Positions 12,661-26,048 of a stretch of DNA of 64,000 bases are shown here, piece by piece. Below the pieces are notes generated by a model. It ran no database searches, was not told the origin of the DNA, and saw nothing but the letters and a program-made list of their open reading frames with translations. The position numbers and the translations under genes were made by a program. The stretch comes from Octopus sinensis (taxonomy: Eukaryota), in contig NC_043010.1 in NCBI RefSeq assembly GCF_006345805.1, forward strand, positions 47,368,001 through 47,432,000, read 5' to 3'. How positions within the stretch are numbered: position 1 is the first letter of the stretch; each line of letters begins with the position of its first letter.

Positions 12661-13440
12661 TACAGACTTGATTATCAATCTTAAATGCTCATTTTTTTAA
12701 CAAAGATTCTTTTATCATTTACTTGATTCAGTTATTAGACTCTGGCCATATTGGAGCACCACCACCTTGAAGAATTCTTAGTCAAATGAATCAACACCAG
12801 GACTTATTTTTTGAAACTTGGTACTTATTCTATTGCTCTCTTTTGCTGAACCATTAAATTATGGGGACGTAAACACACCAACACCAGCTGTCAAGCGGTG
12901 GTGGGGGGCAAACACAGATACAAAGACACACAGACACACATGTGACAGGCTTCTTTCAGTTTCTATCTACCAAATCCACTCGCAAGGCTTTGGTCGGCCC
13001 AAGGCTATAGTAGGAAACACTTGTTTAAGGGGCCTTGCAGTGGTACTGAACCTGGAACCACATGTTTGGAAAGCAAGCTTCTTACCACAGAGCCACGCCT
13101 GTGTCAAAAAAGACATCACAAATTCTTCAAATTTAGAAAGCTTTTCATGTCAACGCGATGATGTTATTCAGCTAAGCTATCCATAATTTTTCCATTGCAA
13201 AATGTAAATGTATGAATAAATAGTTTCTAAAATTACAATTTTAAAATACCGATAAAGAAATGCAAGAAGACAGATAAAAGAAGTAAAAAAAGCAAATAAA
13301 CAATGTATAAAAGGGGAGATAATTCTAGTTAAGTTGGAAACTATGTTTGAGAAGAGATAAAAGGACACCATAAGAAAGCACTAGGAAAAGAATAAACAAA
13401 CACTGAAGGTCGGTGTGGTGGCGCAGCAGTAGCTACCTAC

Positions 13441-13470
13441 CTTGATGTCACTCTGAGAGGAAACAACAGC
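13441..13470 (-). CDS. Candidate 30-nt in-frame microexon of CCDC186 (AVVSSQSDIK)
   Basis: Long pyrimidine tract ending ttcgtttccacacctgacctgacag, then GCTGTTGTTTCCTCTCAGAGTGACATCAAG, then donor gtaggt. Phase 0-0, stop-free, compatible with the exon ending at 23018. Confidence 0.5.
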
Positions 13471-14005
13471 CTGTCAGGTCAGGTGTGGAAACGAAAAAAA
13501 AAGTATAAGACAAAAAAAATAAAAATAAAAAAATGAAGGTGGGAAACAGGTGAGAAGAATAAGGGGGGTTTCTGTAAGCAATCAATGTAAAATGGGAGTA
13601 AAAAAACGGTGAAAGATACGAGGAGGAGGAGGAGGGAGGATGATGATGATGAGGATTAAAATAAAAGTAAAGTGCTTTTAATGTTGAAAGCAGATATGAA
13701 GCAGTGGTTAATATTGACAACTTATTATCTACAGAGCAATTCAGATGGCAAATGCAAAGGAATTATACAAATGTTAAAGAACTGTTAGTTTCATAAAGAC
13801 TTTTCTACATCTATTTCAAACAACAATGCAAATCTCACACTGAAGCATTGGACCAACAGGCTAGCATAAGGTCTTAGCTTATTTTGTATTAAAATTTGGG
13901 TTAGAAAGTCTTCTACATGCTTCCAATACATGAAACATTTTAAATGTAGAAATATTACAATTCTAAATATCTCAGAGAGATATAAGCAGTAGTGGAACGA
14001 TAGAG

Positions 14006-14286
14006 TAGTTGTATACTGTTAACTTAATGTGACAGTCCCATGAAGGGAATCACACCACTACTATTTAGTCCTAGGAAGCATCACTATGTTCCTAGTGATA
14101 AGGATACTATGTGTCCTTATGTTTACAAGGCTTAGCTGGGTGGGGGTGCTTGTCTCCCCCTTGTAAACATAAAGACACAGGAAATGTGTCAAGGCTGACA
14201 GGAAGCGTTGCTGCTTCCTAGGGCTAAATAGCAGTGGTGTGATTCCCTTCATGGGACTGTCACATTAAGTTGACAGTATACAACTA
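14006..14286. mobile_element. Palindromic MITE with ~75-bp TIRs and TA flanks
   Basis: tagttgtatactgttaacttaatgtgacagtcccatgaagggaatcacaccact… pairs with …agtggtgtgattcccttcatgggactgtcacattaagttgacagtatacaacta; an inner IR tatgtttacaagg/ccttgtaaacata is also present. Confidence 0.85.
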
Positions 14287-15591
14287 TTTTAAATGTAGAC
14301 TTGAATCAATTTTGGTTTTAGATTTGCTTTTAGATAACAGCAGCAGTTGTAGCTAAACTAGCTTGATTGTGGTCCACTGTGAATGTACTGTTAGGACACC
14401 ATAAGGCAATGAGCTGGCAGAATTGTTAATGCACTGGGCAAAATGCTTAGTGCCATTTCAGCCATCTTTACATCCTGAGTTCAAATTCTGCCATGGTCAA
14501 CTTTGCTTTTCATCCATTCGGGTTCGATAAAATAAGTACCAGTTGAGCATTGGGGTCAATGTAATCAACTTACTCCCTCCCCTGAAATTACGGGCCTTAT
14601 GTCAAAATTTGAAACCATTATAACATCGCATTACTATGGTTTTCAGCTTGAGAGATCTTCACAGATAGAGACATGGTACTAAAAGTACAGACATCTGCTA
14701 GACAACATGTCTGTGCTTTTAGCACTATAACTCTGTATAAGAGGATCTCTCAAGGTGAATACCAAATGATTGCCAATTGGTATTAACACTACTCCTGTTG
14801 CTAATATATATTTTTTAATAACTAATATGACCAAGCAAATGAAACAAGCTTTTTTTTTAGCAGATCCATTCCAAAGTAGTTTCTTGTGTCTGACAATACT
14901 CTTGTCAATTTTAGCTTGTTCTCATTGCAGGGACAAACAATATGTGCTTGTGGTACGTGTTTATAACTAGTGGACTAAAACACAGAGATTTCAGTATCTT
15001 GGTTAGGAATCCAATAAAAGTACTGCTAATACAATATGCACCATTGATCTTTATTGGCAACACGGCCTGCTCCCTAACAACTTGATTATGTTGTTTATCT
15101 TTGTTTCAGTTTAGTTTCTGGAATGATGGTTCTAGTTTTAAATCAAGGTATTGGGGAGATCCTTGAAACAACTCGTCAGTGAGTTCAAATACCACTAAAG
15201 TCGACTTTGCTTATCATCCTTCTGGAGATGATGAAATAAAGTACTGATCAAGTACTGCTAACAGTTCATTTGGCTGATTCCTCTACTCAATTTTATAGCC
15301 TTGTGCCAATTTCAGAAGTTAACATAATGTAAACTCCTTCATCTATTTCACATGTGCGTGTGTGTACGTGTTAAACTGAAATTACTATTTTAAAATGAGT
15401 TTAAGAATAACAGCCGAACATGCACTGATAATGGGGACTTGATGCTGAGAATAGACCAAAATGTATTGTAAAATTCGTTTTGTATAGGCCTGTAAGTTTT
15501 GGATGTTGGCTGTTCAACCAGCTTGGTGGAACAACCATCAGGAGATAGTAACGGTCCCAGTCAACATACATTTTACAATATGTCCATACAT

Positions 15592-15625
<34 letters not shown>

Positions 15626-15755
15626 ACACATATCCAAAATCCATATATCTATATCCATATATCTATTTAAACATACAAACAAGCACATAAATGTACACAA
15701 AAAACTGTTAGAGGAAAAGCAAAATTAATAAAGCAAGCTTTGCTGGTTATTATGG

Positions 15756-15799
<44 letters not shown>

Positions 15800-17489
15800 G
15801 GATATACATATATACAGAGAGAGAGAAAGAGAGAATAAGTCTTTTTCTAATATGTTTGAGCATTTCTCTAACTTAAACTATCGCAACACATTACAGAAAA
15901 TATTGAATGCTAATAAATTTGGTCAAGTTTGTGAAAAACTTAGGTTGCTGAAAAAGAAGAAGAAGAAAAAAAAAGATAATAACAGAAGCAACAACATGTA
16001 ATTGAAGAAAGAAATTTTTGAAAAATATATTTCAGTGCTTGCTAAATAAGAATGTGAAGATGAATTAACAGAAAGATATTCAAATGAAAATAGCAAAAGA
16101 AAATTGAAAAAAAGAAAAGATAAATTTTTTTGAAATCAATCAATTGGTGCTGTTGAATCATCCATGTGCATCAGTTTGTATGATGAAATGAGAGAGACAG
16201 AGAAAGTATGCTAGTATGAATATTTCTCTTTCAAATATATACATTTATAGGAAGAGAAGGATAGGAGGGAGGGAGAGATGGATTAGATGGATGGATGGAT
16301 AGATAGATAGACAGACAGATAGATAGACTGAAAGATATGTAGATAGATGGTGTTTCTTAGAGAGAATAAATGTAGCTGATTGAATTAATTACTAACAAAG
16401 TCAACTCCAGTTAGTTTTAACCTGAGAACACTGAGATAGGAACCTACATACTGCAAAGCATCTCCACAATCACCACTGCCACTATTTTTTTTAACAGTTT
16501 CATCAGAGGGTAAAGGGCAATGCTCATAATCCCACAGTACCTTCAAGATTGGTGGGATTAAAAGAATGCTTTATTTTCAGATGGGAAATCTAGCCTGAAT
16601 GCTTGCAACAGAGTAGACAGACTCCACTAAATATACCCAAGGGCCAGGAGGTGATGTTACACTAGACGATGGGTTATGGTCCCACGAAGTTTCCATCTAC
16701 AAAATTTCACTTGCAAGGTTTTTGCTTGACCTGAGTCAGTGAATGAAGGCACTTGTCTGAAACAAACCCAGAACCAAGTCGTCATAAAGTAAACTTCTTA
16801 GCCATACAGGCAGGCCTGGACCATTTTGGCTGTAGTGCTACTGACTCTGCCAATCTGTTGTCTCAATAACAATAGGAACAATGATTTCTTACATAGGCAC
16901 AAGGCCAAGATCAACTCCAGCACTTGACAGCTAATAAAATAAGTTTTATTAGCCCCCCCAGAAAGGAAGGACAAAAGGCAAAGTCAATATTAGTGAGATT
17001 TTAAAGTCGACAAGCTGGCAGAATCATTAGCACGCTGGGCAAAAAGTTTAGAAGTATTTCATCAGTCTTTCTGCTGAGGTTGACTTTGCCCTTCATCCTT
17101 TTGAGATCAATATGGTAAATACCAGTTGAGCACTGAAGTTGATGTAATCAATTTAAACCTTCCCCCAAGCTTATTGGCCTTCTGCTAAAATCTGAAATCA
17201 ATATTAGGGAGATTTCATAAAGGAACATAAGTCAATATTGTAAAAACCATCACTCTAATAACAATGGTTTCTAATTTAAGCCCAAGGCCAGCAATTTTGA
17301 GGAGAGGGGTTAGCTGATACCAGTAACCCCAATATTCAATTAGTACTGTATTTTATCAACCTTGATGCGATCATAGACAAAGATAACCTTGGTGGGATAT
17401 GAACTCAGAGCTGAAATAAATACTGCAAAACATTCTCTCTAATATCCAACGAATGCTGCCAGCTTACTGCTTTTACCATCCCAATAATA

Positions 17490-17530
<41 letters not shown>

Positions 17531-17987
17531 TTCATGTACATATGGGCACAGATAAACATCTAGTTGCAGATTATAAAGACAGTAAAACAAGAGATAGTAC
17601 CTAAAAACTGATTACTGATTGATAAAGAATGCTGCTGTTTTCAAGTGACTGAGTGTACAGAAAGAGCATGGGAGAATTCAATTTGGTGGATTTGACATTT
17701 CTTCAAATGGAAACAGCAACTTGTGCTGTTATTGTTATTATTTTGCTTCTCAAAGCTCTTCTCGGTCTTGCTTTTGTTGATTCTGTGAGAGCAGACAGCA
17801 ACCTGTTGTCAGAGGTCTCACACGGTCTCTTTCTGCAAATTATATGACTTGTTACTTGGATGTCAACTATCATGAAAGATACACAACACCTAAGCACCAA
17901 TCACAAAATCCTAGCTGTCCCCAATAGAGCAGTTTTGAGGGCCAGCTCTGCTCTTATTATTATCATTATTATTATTATTAAAATTAT

Positions 17988-18478
17988 TGAGTGAGAGAGC
18001 AATGCATGCAATGAAAGTGACACTGGGGTACAAATATACGAAGCCCAATATACTCATCATGACTACTCATCTGATAAGAGTACACAAGGCACATGCATCA
18101 CAACCATATGTGTGCAACATGGTGATCTCGTAACAAGGTAAACAATACATGACCTTGTAAGATGGGGCTCAGTTAGAATTTTCTTCAGATCAAGTAGCCC
18201 ATCTCGCTCAAAAGGTCCCTGAATAAGGTTTGTTTAAGAATGAACAAAACACTCATGTTTCCAGAGGTGTATTATCCAAACCCCAAAGAATTCCTCTCAA
18301 CACATGGCTATGATGCTCCCCCACTACTTCTGCTTGGAATCAGAGATGCACATATCGTCAACCAATAAGGGACATACTCAAGTGGTGAAGGGCAAGCAAC
18401 TGACAAGTAAATATGTGGTATTGAGCAGAATATTTGTTGTAGCCCTTCTTTTATACCAAGACAAAACATGTACATGAT
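17988..18478. repeat. Interspersed repeat between (ATT)n tracts (partial relatives at ~29300-29425 and ~33230-33420)
   Basis: The block ccccaaagaattcctctcaacacatggctatgatgctcccc…cagagatgcacatat recurs at 29350-29420 and, more diverged, at 33320-33370. Confidence 0.6.
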
Positions 18479-18555
18479 AATTATTATTATTATTATTATT
18501 ACTACTATTATTGTTGTTATTATTGTTGTTATCATTATTATTATTATTGTTATCA

Positions 18556-18595
<40 letters not shown>

Positions 18596-20943
18596 TGTAG
18601 TTTAGCAGTAGTTCATTAACATAATGGGTTAAAAAGAAACATTAATATAGAGTTAAGCAGTATTAGACATAATTAGTGCTTAAATTAGATGCCTAAAACA
18701 CAGTATATCAGTCACATGGTTAACTAACTTCCTACCAAGCAATCAGAATAGAAAACATATTCTGCCTTCTAGGCAAGAGCTAGTAATGGACATAGGCAAA
18801 TGTCTTATACAGGTGTGGAAAATTCCAGAACACAAAGGAGGCTAAATCAAAATATGACAGAATATTGTGTTTATAATGACATAGCAACACTTAAACCATG
18901 GTAAGCTCTAATAGCCCTGCTTCTTTTTCTCAGCAAGATTTTACACTAACTTAGCAGAAAAAAGAAAAAAAAAATGGCTGTTCAAATGTTTTGTTAGAAT
19001 AATGTGTGTGAATTGATGACTCTTGTTCACTCTCGCAACATCATCCTCATTATCATCATTGTTTTAACTCACATGATGTGAACAGAATTTGTTGAGGCAG
19101 ATCTTCAATGGTGGGATGCCCTTCTTGTTGCCAACCCTCACTTGTTTCCAATTAAGGTAATAATTTTTCCATGACCAAATAAGTCTTCACAAAATACTGG
19201 AAACAAATGACATTGCTTGCATGACGGTGACACTCATTTACAACTATCGCACAATGTCAAAGCAAGGAAACACTAACTCTCAAATACACTCACACAAACA
19301 CACACATCTGACAATTTTTTTTTCCAGTTTCTGTTAACCAAATCCACTCATAAACCTTTGGTCAGGCAAGGGCTATAGTAGAAAACATATGCCCAAGGTG
19401 CTGTGGTTGGGAAACAAACTTTCTACTACACAGTCACATTTGTGCCTATATTAGTCTATAGATAATGGTTTTAAACTTTGAAACAAGTCAGCAATTTTAG
19501 GAGAGATGTAAATCAATTACACTGAGTCTAGTGTTCAGCTTATAGTAAAGGAAGAAAGGCAGAGTCAACCTCAGCAGAATTTGAACTCAGAATGTAATTT
19601 GCTGGAAGAAATATTGCAAAGCACTTTTTCAGACACTAACAGTTCTGCCAGTTTGTCATCTTCTTTCGTCTATTAATTACAACTGTTCTCATCAGTAAGG
19701 ATTTAATTTTAATTAATTATTGTTTCTTGGCTTACTACAACAAATATGTTAGCACCAATTTTACTATTTCTAGCCACAGTTCATCTTCAACCATTCATAA
19801 TTCATCTGTAAAAGTCTTGTTCTGGGATTCAAACCTTGAGCGATCATATATTTCCATATACTTTCTTTCCGTTTACAACTATTATTGTTATACTTCTATT
19901 GAATATATAACAATATCTAATGGTGAAACATTTACTTGATATCCTTGAAATGTATTTGTGACAAACTTAAAACAAACCAATGGAACACACATACAGGCAT
20001 CACCCATGTTATAACTACCTGAGGTTACGGGATTCTGTGTTCATGGGAGGAAACTGTAAAGACTGACAGCTAGTTTCTGAATAAATTTTGTAATTTCACC
20101 CTTACAGGAACTTGGGTAAATTCTAAGAATTTAAAAACTACACATTCTTTATAGCCAAAAGGCTAATTTTTGGCATTTTAGCTGAGGTCAGAGTATGGAG
20201 AGAGAGTATGTGTGTATAAAAAGTGCTCTTTATATTGGGAGAAATGAATCAATGCCTTGTTGATAGCTTTCAGGGGGACATGCAAGACATACTACTTTGC
20301 CAGACAAACTGATTGACACCCACTTCAACACAAAAGGCCACTTCATCACTCCCTTATCAGTGTACAGCATCTCCACACACCATGGAACCACATTCTCAAG
20401 GAAACAGGAGGGAATAATGTTTCATGTTCAAACTTGGTACCATGTTATGAACAGATTTAAATGAAAGTTTTTTTCCTCCTCTACTCTTATACCTCCTCTT
20501 AGTTCTTATCTATTAACTTCACTCTCATCTTGTCTTTTCCCTTTACCTCACACTCGTCTTTGCCTGTTTCTCCATCTCATTCCATTCCTCTTTCTCCTAC
20601 CTATCTCACTCAATTTCTCTGTCTCACTATTTCCTGTTCACATATAAAATTTTCATAGTCTTGTGTTCTTCATCAATTGCAAATCAGAGGATGTAAAACT
20701 CAACTGTGTCTCTTTAATTTCTCTACCGTCAACTTTCTGCTGAAGAAAGACTGACTGAAATGTTGGATTTTCCATTCATCATATTAGGGCAAGTTCACTT
20801 TCATTTGTTGACTTTTACCATGTGTGTGTGTGTGTGTATTATAAACACACACACACGCACATGCAAACAACACATGCACATAATGCACACACGCACGTTG
20901 AGTATGAATAATTCAATATGCACCAGTATAATAGATCACTCAT

Positions 20944-21255
20944 GGAGGCGCAATGGCCTAGTGGTTAGGGCAGCAAACTTGTGGTTGGAGGAGCGCGGTT
21001 TTGATTCCCAGACCAGGCGTTGTGTGTGTTTATTGAGCGAAAACACCTAAAAAGCTTCATGAAGCTCTGGCAGGGGGTGGTGGTGACCCCTGTTGTACTT
21101 TTCCGCCACAACTTTCTCTCACTCTCTCTTCCTGTTTCTGGAGTAACGTTGCGATGGACTGGCGTCCTGTCCAGCTGGAGGGAACACATATGCCACAAAA
21201 ACCAGGAAACCAGGCCCACGAGCCTAGCTAAGCTTGAAAAGGGTGACGTTTTATA
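20944..21255 (+). mobile_element. tRNA-derived SINE (other heads of similar type at ~26486-26810+, 42318-42615+, 52125-52365-)
   Basis: A box TGGCCTAGTGG, B-box-like GGTTTTGATTCCC, then a gtgt…ttgagc.aaacac CORE-like segment. Confidence 0.75.
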
Positions 21256-23017
21256 CTAGATCACTCCAGTATGCAATCTAGATGTCTGGAGAAAGTTGAA
21301 TGTAAGTAAATTCAGAAGCAAAAAGGTTTTTAAATGCAGCGGATGACTTGTCATGGTATACATATTCAGTTTTGAATGGAAACTGGATGATTAAAAAAAC
21401 GACAAAAAAAAAACAAAAAAAAACAGAGTCACATAGAGTAGAAATAGACTGAAGAAGACCATGGATGAAGTGCACTATACAGAGATCAGTGATTTAAGCC
21501 TTACATATGAATGACAGCATGTAATTGGGCAAACAACTTATGTCAACATGGGAAAATAATGATAAAGACAGTGATTATAATGATTTTTATGATGGCATAT
21601 ATGACTTATAAATCTTTATATATATACATCTAAAAGTGAAGTGAATGAGATAATAACAAAAATCTATACATAACTTAAATCTTAAATAATATATAAAAAT
21701 AGCTTTTATAGGGTGAGACTTTAATGCAGCTCTATCATTAATCACAGCATTATATATCAACATGGTGAAAAATTTTAGATCCTTCTCTCTATTTCAAATT
21801 CCTTTTTTTATTTATTTATGTTTTTTGTGATTACATGTGATCTAGTGATAAGGGTATTTGCATTCATTGTGTTGCAATTCCCAGACTGAGCAGTGCTTTA
21901 TATTCTCAAGCAAAACACTTCATCTCACATTGATCTGTGATCACTTTGACATCTGAGGTGTAGCACACCATGCACCTGTCACTTCGATGGAGGGAGTGAG
22001 TTAATGTACAGCATAAACATTTGATCACTACAAACAAGTCATATGTACAGATTGTTCAGCAAGAAATTTCAGAAAACTCATCTGATGTCTTAGAGCTAAG
22101 AGAGAAGAGTTCACTTTTTTTTTCTTTTTTTTCTTCTTTGTAATTGTAATTTCCAAATATGGTAGAGGCTCACATGTGTAATACAATGAGTTGAAAAGCT
22201 TCAATCAGCTGTGATTACCCAAACATATTAGTAAGATAAAAACTTCCTGTAGAAGTGTTGAAAACGTTTAAGTCAAATAAGGGAAATAACTACAATAAGA
22301 TTCAGTTGATTGGAACTTTTACATGCTATACAAAAAAAAAAGTGGAGTGAGATCTTGTTTTCAAAGCCAACTAGTGAAATCAAGACTTGCTTCAGTCTTA
22401 CTAGACCTCTTCAGTGACTCATATTCTTCAAAGTTGGTAAGACTAAGAGTCATTATTATAGAACTAGAGGGAACGTAGAGATGTTGTGTTATGAATATCA
22501 GCAATATATGACTGATATAGTGTTTTGCATACTAAAATACAAATACAGTAGGGTATCACATATATAATATAGTGAGCTGAAAAACTTCAGACAACAGAGA
22601 TTATCCATGTAATTAGTAAATAAAAACTTCCTCTAGAGGCGATAAAAAATCTAAAAACAATAAACAAAGTAGCTAGTTCCAAAGTGATCAGATGATCGAA
22701 GTTTTTGGACAACACTGGTAATGCTAATTGGAATGCAGTTTACACTGAAAACTGTCTCTAACGGCTATAACAGCTTCAAAAAACAAACAAACAAAAGATG
22801 ACAAATACAGAAAACGGCTAATGCACAGAAATCTTCACAGCAAATTTTTACTGATAATTATTTCTTTTTAGCATTATTCTGAGATGAAAATCTCAGAAGA
22901 ATAATAACAAGAAAAAAAAAGGGGGAAAGAAAAAAAAAATCAGAATAAAATCCATCACATTAGATGCAATTTAGTGGAAATATTTGCAAAGAAATTATGG
23001 GGAAGAAAAAAACTGAC

Positions 23018-23087
23018 CTTATTTATATCCATGTAGTCTGTTGACAGAACTCCTGTTTCTTCACGCAAGGCATAACTCTGAATAATT
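23018..23087 (-). CDS. CCDC186: CCDC186-like coding exon (last constitutive exon visible)
   Basis: ttttag|...AAG|gtcag. 70 nt (1+69), RIIQSYALREETGVLSTDYMDINK; matches recalled IIQSYILREESGTLS. The terminal exons (…LEDTLLKNITLK…) were not found, so they presumably lie left of position 1. Confidence 0.94.
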
Positions 23088-23789
23088 CTAAAATAAACAA
23101 CAATAATAAAAGTTAAGTGCATTATTGCGCTGTTGTCATTGTTTTTCTTTATTTTGGGGTTGATCATTTGTTTGTATTAAGTGTTGGGCCAATCACGCAA
23201 CTCATTTTAACACAGCCATCTAGTTTGTGTTTTAGTGGATGCTACACTGTTACAAGCACTTGGACTAGATCCTTGGTTAGTTCTCCAGCAGTCCTTTTCT
23301 TGTAGATGTTCAAACTGAGCATAAGTTATATCAAACCCACCAGTCACACCAATCCTGTTGATTGCATCAATGTCATCAATGGGGTGGAGAACTGCAAAGA
23401 CCATGGGTACTGGCTTTCCTCCTCTGACCATATACAGACAGGTTATGAAACCTTTAGCCTCAGAAAAGAATGGAGTTATGCTCTCAAGTGTCCTTTTTTT
23501 CAGAGTGCAGGGCAATAGGGAAGAATGCCTGCTGTTAATATAGCAGATCTCTGCTCACAAAAACACCAGTTTAGCACAAAAGGGAATTATGTACCAATAC
23601 AACTAGGTACTAGTGTTACTGTAAGAGTTGTTGTTCTCTTTTCTCAATAATCAGTATCAAAATCAGGATTTATCTAAATATTTATATTTGGACACGCACA
23701 TTTTATATTTGCACTTTTTTTAAAAATCATGTTACATCCTATATTTTTTATAACTGTCTTATATTTATTATTCTATAATTATTATTTTA

Positions 23790-23832
<43 letters not shown>

Positions 23833-23940
23833 GTTAATTAAAAAAAGGGAGAAAAAAGACAAGAAAAAATCAATAACATGAGGACATAGTATATGCAGAG
23901 TATTAATGAGATGCTCAGAGATGGAAAGAAAGAGTGGTTG

Positions 23941-23973
23941 TTTCACATTTCGAGCATAGCTCTTCTTCGGAAA
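23941..23973 (-). ncRNA. Degenerate minimal hammerhead-like motif in a microsatellite-flanked repeat
   Basis: UUU CCGAAGA A GAGC-uau-GCUC GAAA UGUG AAA: U4->C core variant, 4-bp stem II, stem I UUU/AAA; the cleavage triplet is decayed. Confidence 0.45.
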
Positions 23974-24265
23974 GAGGAGACATAGGAAAGTCCAAAAGAA
24001 AAGAATCGCCAACAGTCCATGTGTAGTTACATTTTTTAAAAGACCAGAAGTAGATGGACAAAGAGAAAGTGCTTTCTGGGACAGGAGAGTGTGAGGAATG
24101 GTTGGTATCTGTGTGTATGTGTGGGTGTATCGTGGCATGTGTGTGTGTGTGTGGCAGTAACTGTGTGTGTGTGTGTGTGTGGTGGAAACTGTGTGTTAGC
24201 ATATGTGTGTATGGTGTGTGTCCCACTCTCTCTGTGTCACTCTGTCTCTTGCTCTCTCTCTCTCT

Positions 24266-24306
<41 letters not shown>

Positions 24307-24853
24307 TTAGATAGGGCATCTCTCTCTCTCTATATATATATAGAGAGAGAGAGAGAGCAAGAGAGAGAGGCACTAGGTAGGTCATCCAGCTGTAAAAACC
24401 AAGCATACAGTGGAACCTGGCATAGCCCTATTGCTTGCCAGCTTCTGTTAAGCCATCCAATCTGTACCAGCATGGAAAACAAGCTTTAAATGGTGATGAT
24501 GATAATGTTCATTTTACCTGATCATACTATAGAATAAAGAAGTCACTGCCAATACCATCAAAAGAAAGCCAGAAAAGTTCATTAATGAAGCTTAGGATGA
24601 CATGACATGTTTTTGACTTTAAATTACCCTTCCATGTGACCCAGTGCAATAAAATATGCAGGCACCTTGATAAATTATTACTTCCTACACACTGCTTCTG
24701 TTAATTTTTAATACTTAGCTCAAATATATCCATGGCTTTAAGGAGGGCAACATAAACATTATATCAGTGTGTGTGTGGGTGTGTTGAATCACAACATGGT
24801 TCTAATTACTAAAATAAGTCATAGGACATCACAGCTTACTGTTTTACTGATTA

Positions 24854-25102
<249 letters not shown>

Positions 25103-25385
25103 TTACAACAGTGTAAGGTAACAAAGGAGACGAAAGAAAAAGGAAGAATTAAAGGGGAAAGATATTTTGTCTACTTCATAAACCAGAATACAATTATCAA
25201 GATCTATAGCCAACAGATCCAACTCACAATGAGTGACAGTGTGGTAAGTAGCTTGCTTACGAACCACATGGTTCCGGGTTCAGTCCACTGTGTGGCGCCT
25301 TGGGCAAGTGTCTTCTACTGTAGCCTCGGGCCGACCAAAGCCTTGTGAGTGGATTTGGTAGATGGAAACTGAAAGAAGCCCGTCG

Positions 25386-25418
<33 letters not shown>

Positions 25419-25877
25419 GCGTGTGTATGTCCCCTCAACATCATTTGACAACTGATGCTGGTGTGTTTACGTCCCCATAACTTAGTGGTTCAGCAAAAGA
25501 GACTGATAGAATAAGTACTAGGCTTACAAAGAATAAGTCCTGGGGTTGATCTGCTTGACTTAAGGTCGTGCTCCAGCATGGCCACAGTCAAATGACAGAA
25601 ACAAGTAAAAGAGAGAGCTAATATATAATTTATTAAGTGTGACAATGATAAATGATCCGCTGGATTTCAATGCTGGATTCAATTCCTCTCAGTAACAGCA
25701 TTGAAGTAGAATCAAGCATCAGCCAAAAGGACTACATAGCAATATAAAGTGACAGATATATAGCAGCATGATTCAGTTAACATTTCTATTCAAAAGTATT
25801 GGGAATAAATAACTGGTTGGGAAACATAGCAGACATGAAGGCAAAGTAACTACCAATTTGAACTTCAGCCTCTTTAC

Positions 25878-26048
25878 CTGGTCTGGGTTGCCATTTCTAT
25901 GTATCACAGTTGACTGGACATTGTTATCGAGTGTATTTAGAGAGCCATTAGAGCTTGTACGAGAACCAAGACTTGTGCTATCTTTCTCTCCTGTGTTTTC
26001 ATAGTTTTCAAGTTTCCGCCTTGTGAAAGTTAACTGCCTTGTCAAATC
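25878..26048 (-). CDS. CCDC186: CCDC186-like coding exon
   Basis: ctaatag|...CAG|gtaaa. 171 nt, DLTRQLTFTRRKLENYENTGEKDSTSLGSRTSSNGSLNTLDNNVQSTVIHRNGNPDQ (DLT.QL...RRKL; GSR.SS.GSLN). Confidence 0.93.

Noticed and set aside
20019-20053. 35-nt minus-strand segment with ag/gt boundaries
   Set aside because: Its length would shift the CCDC186 frame and it has no homology support; probably a chance pseudo-exon.
20735-20775. CTGAAGA…GAAATGTT hammerhead-like trace after a CT-rich tract
   Set aside because: Stem II is only 2 bp and stem I does not pair adjacent to the core; at most a decayed relic.
23207-23515. 102-aa ORF with ordinary amino-acid composition
   Set aside because: No recognisable domain or compatible splice sites; more likely a decayed repeat.
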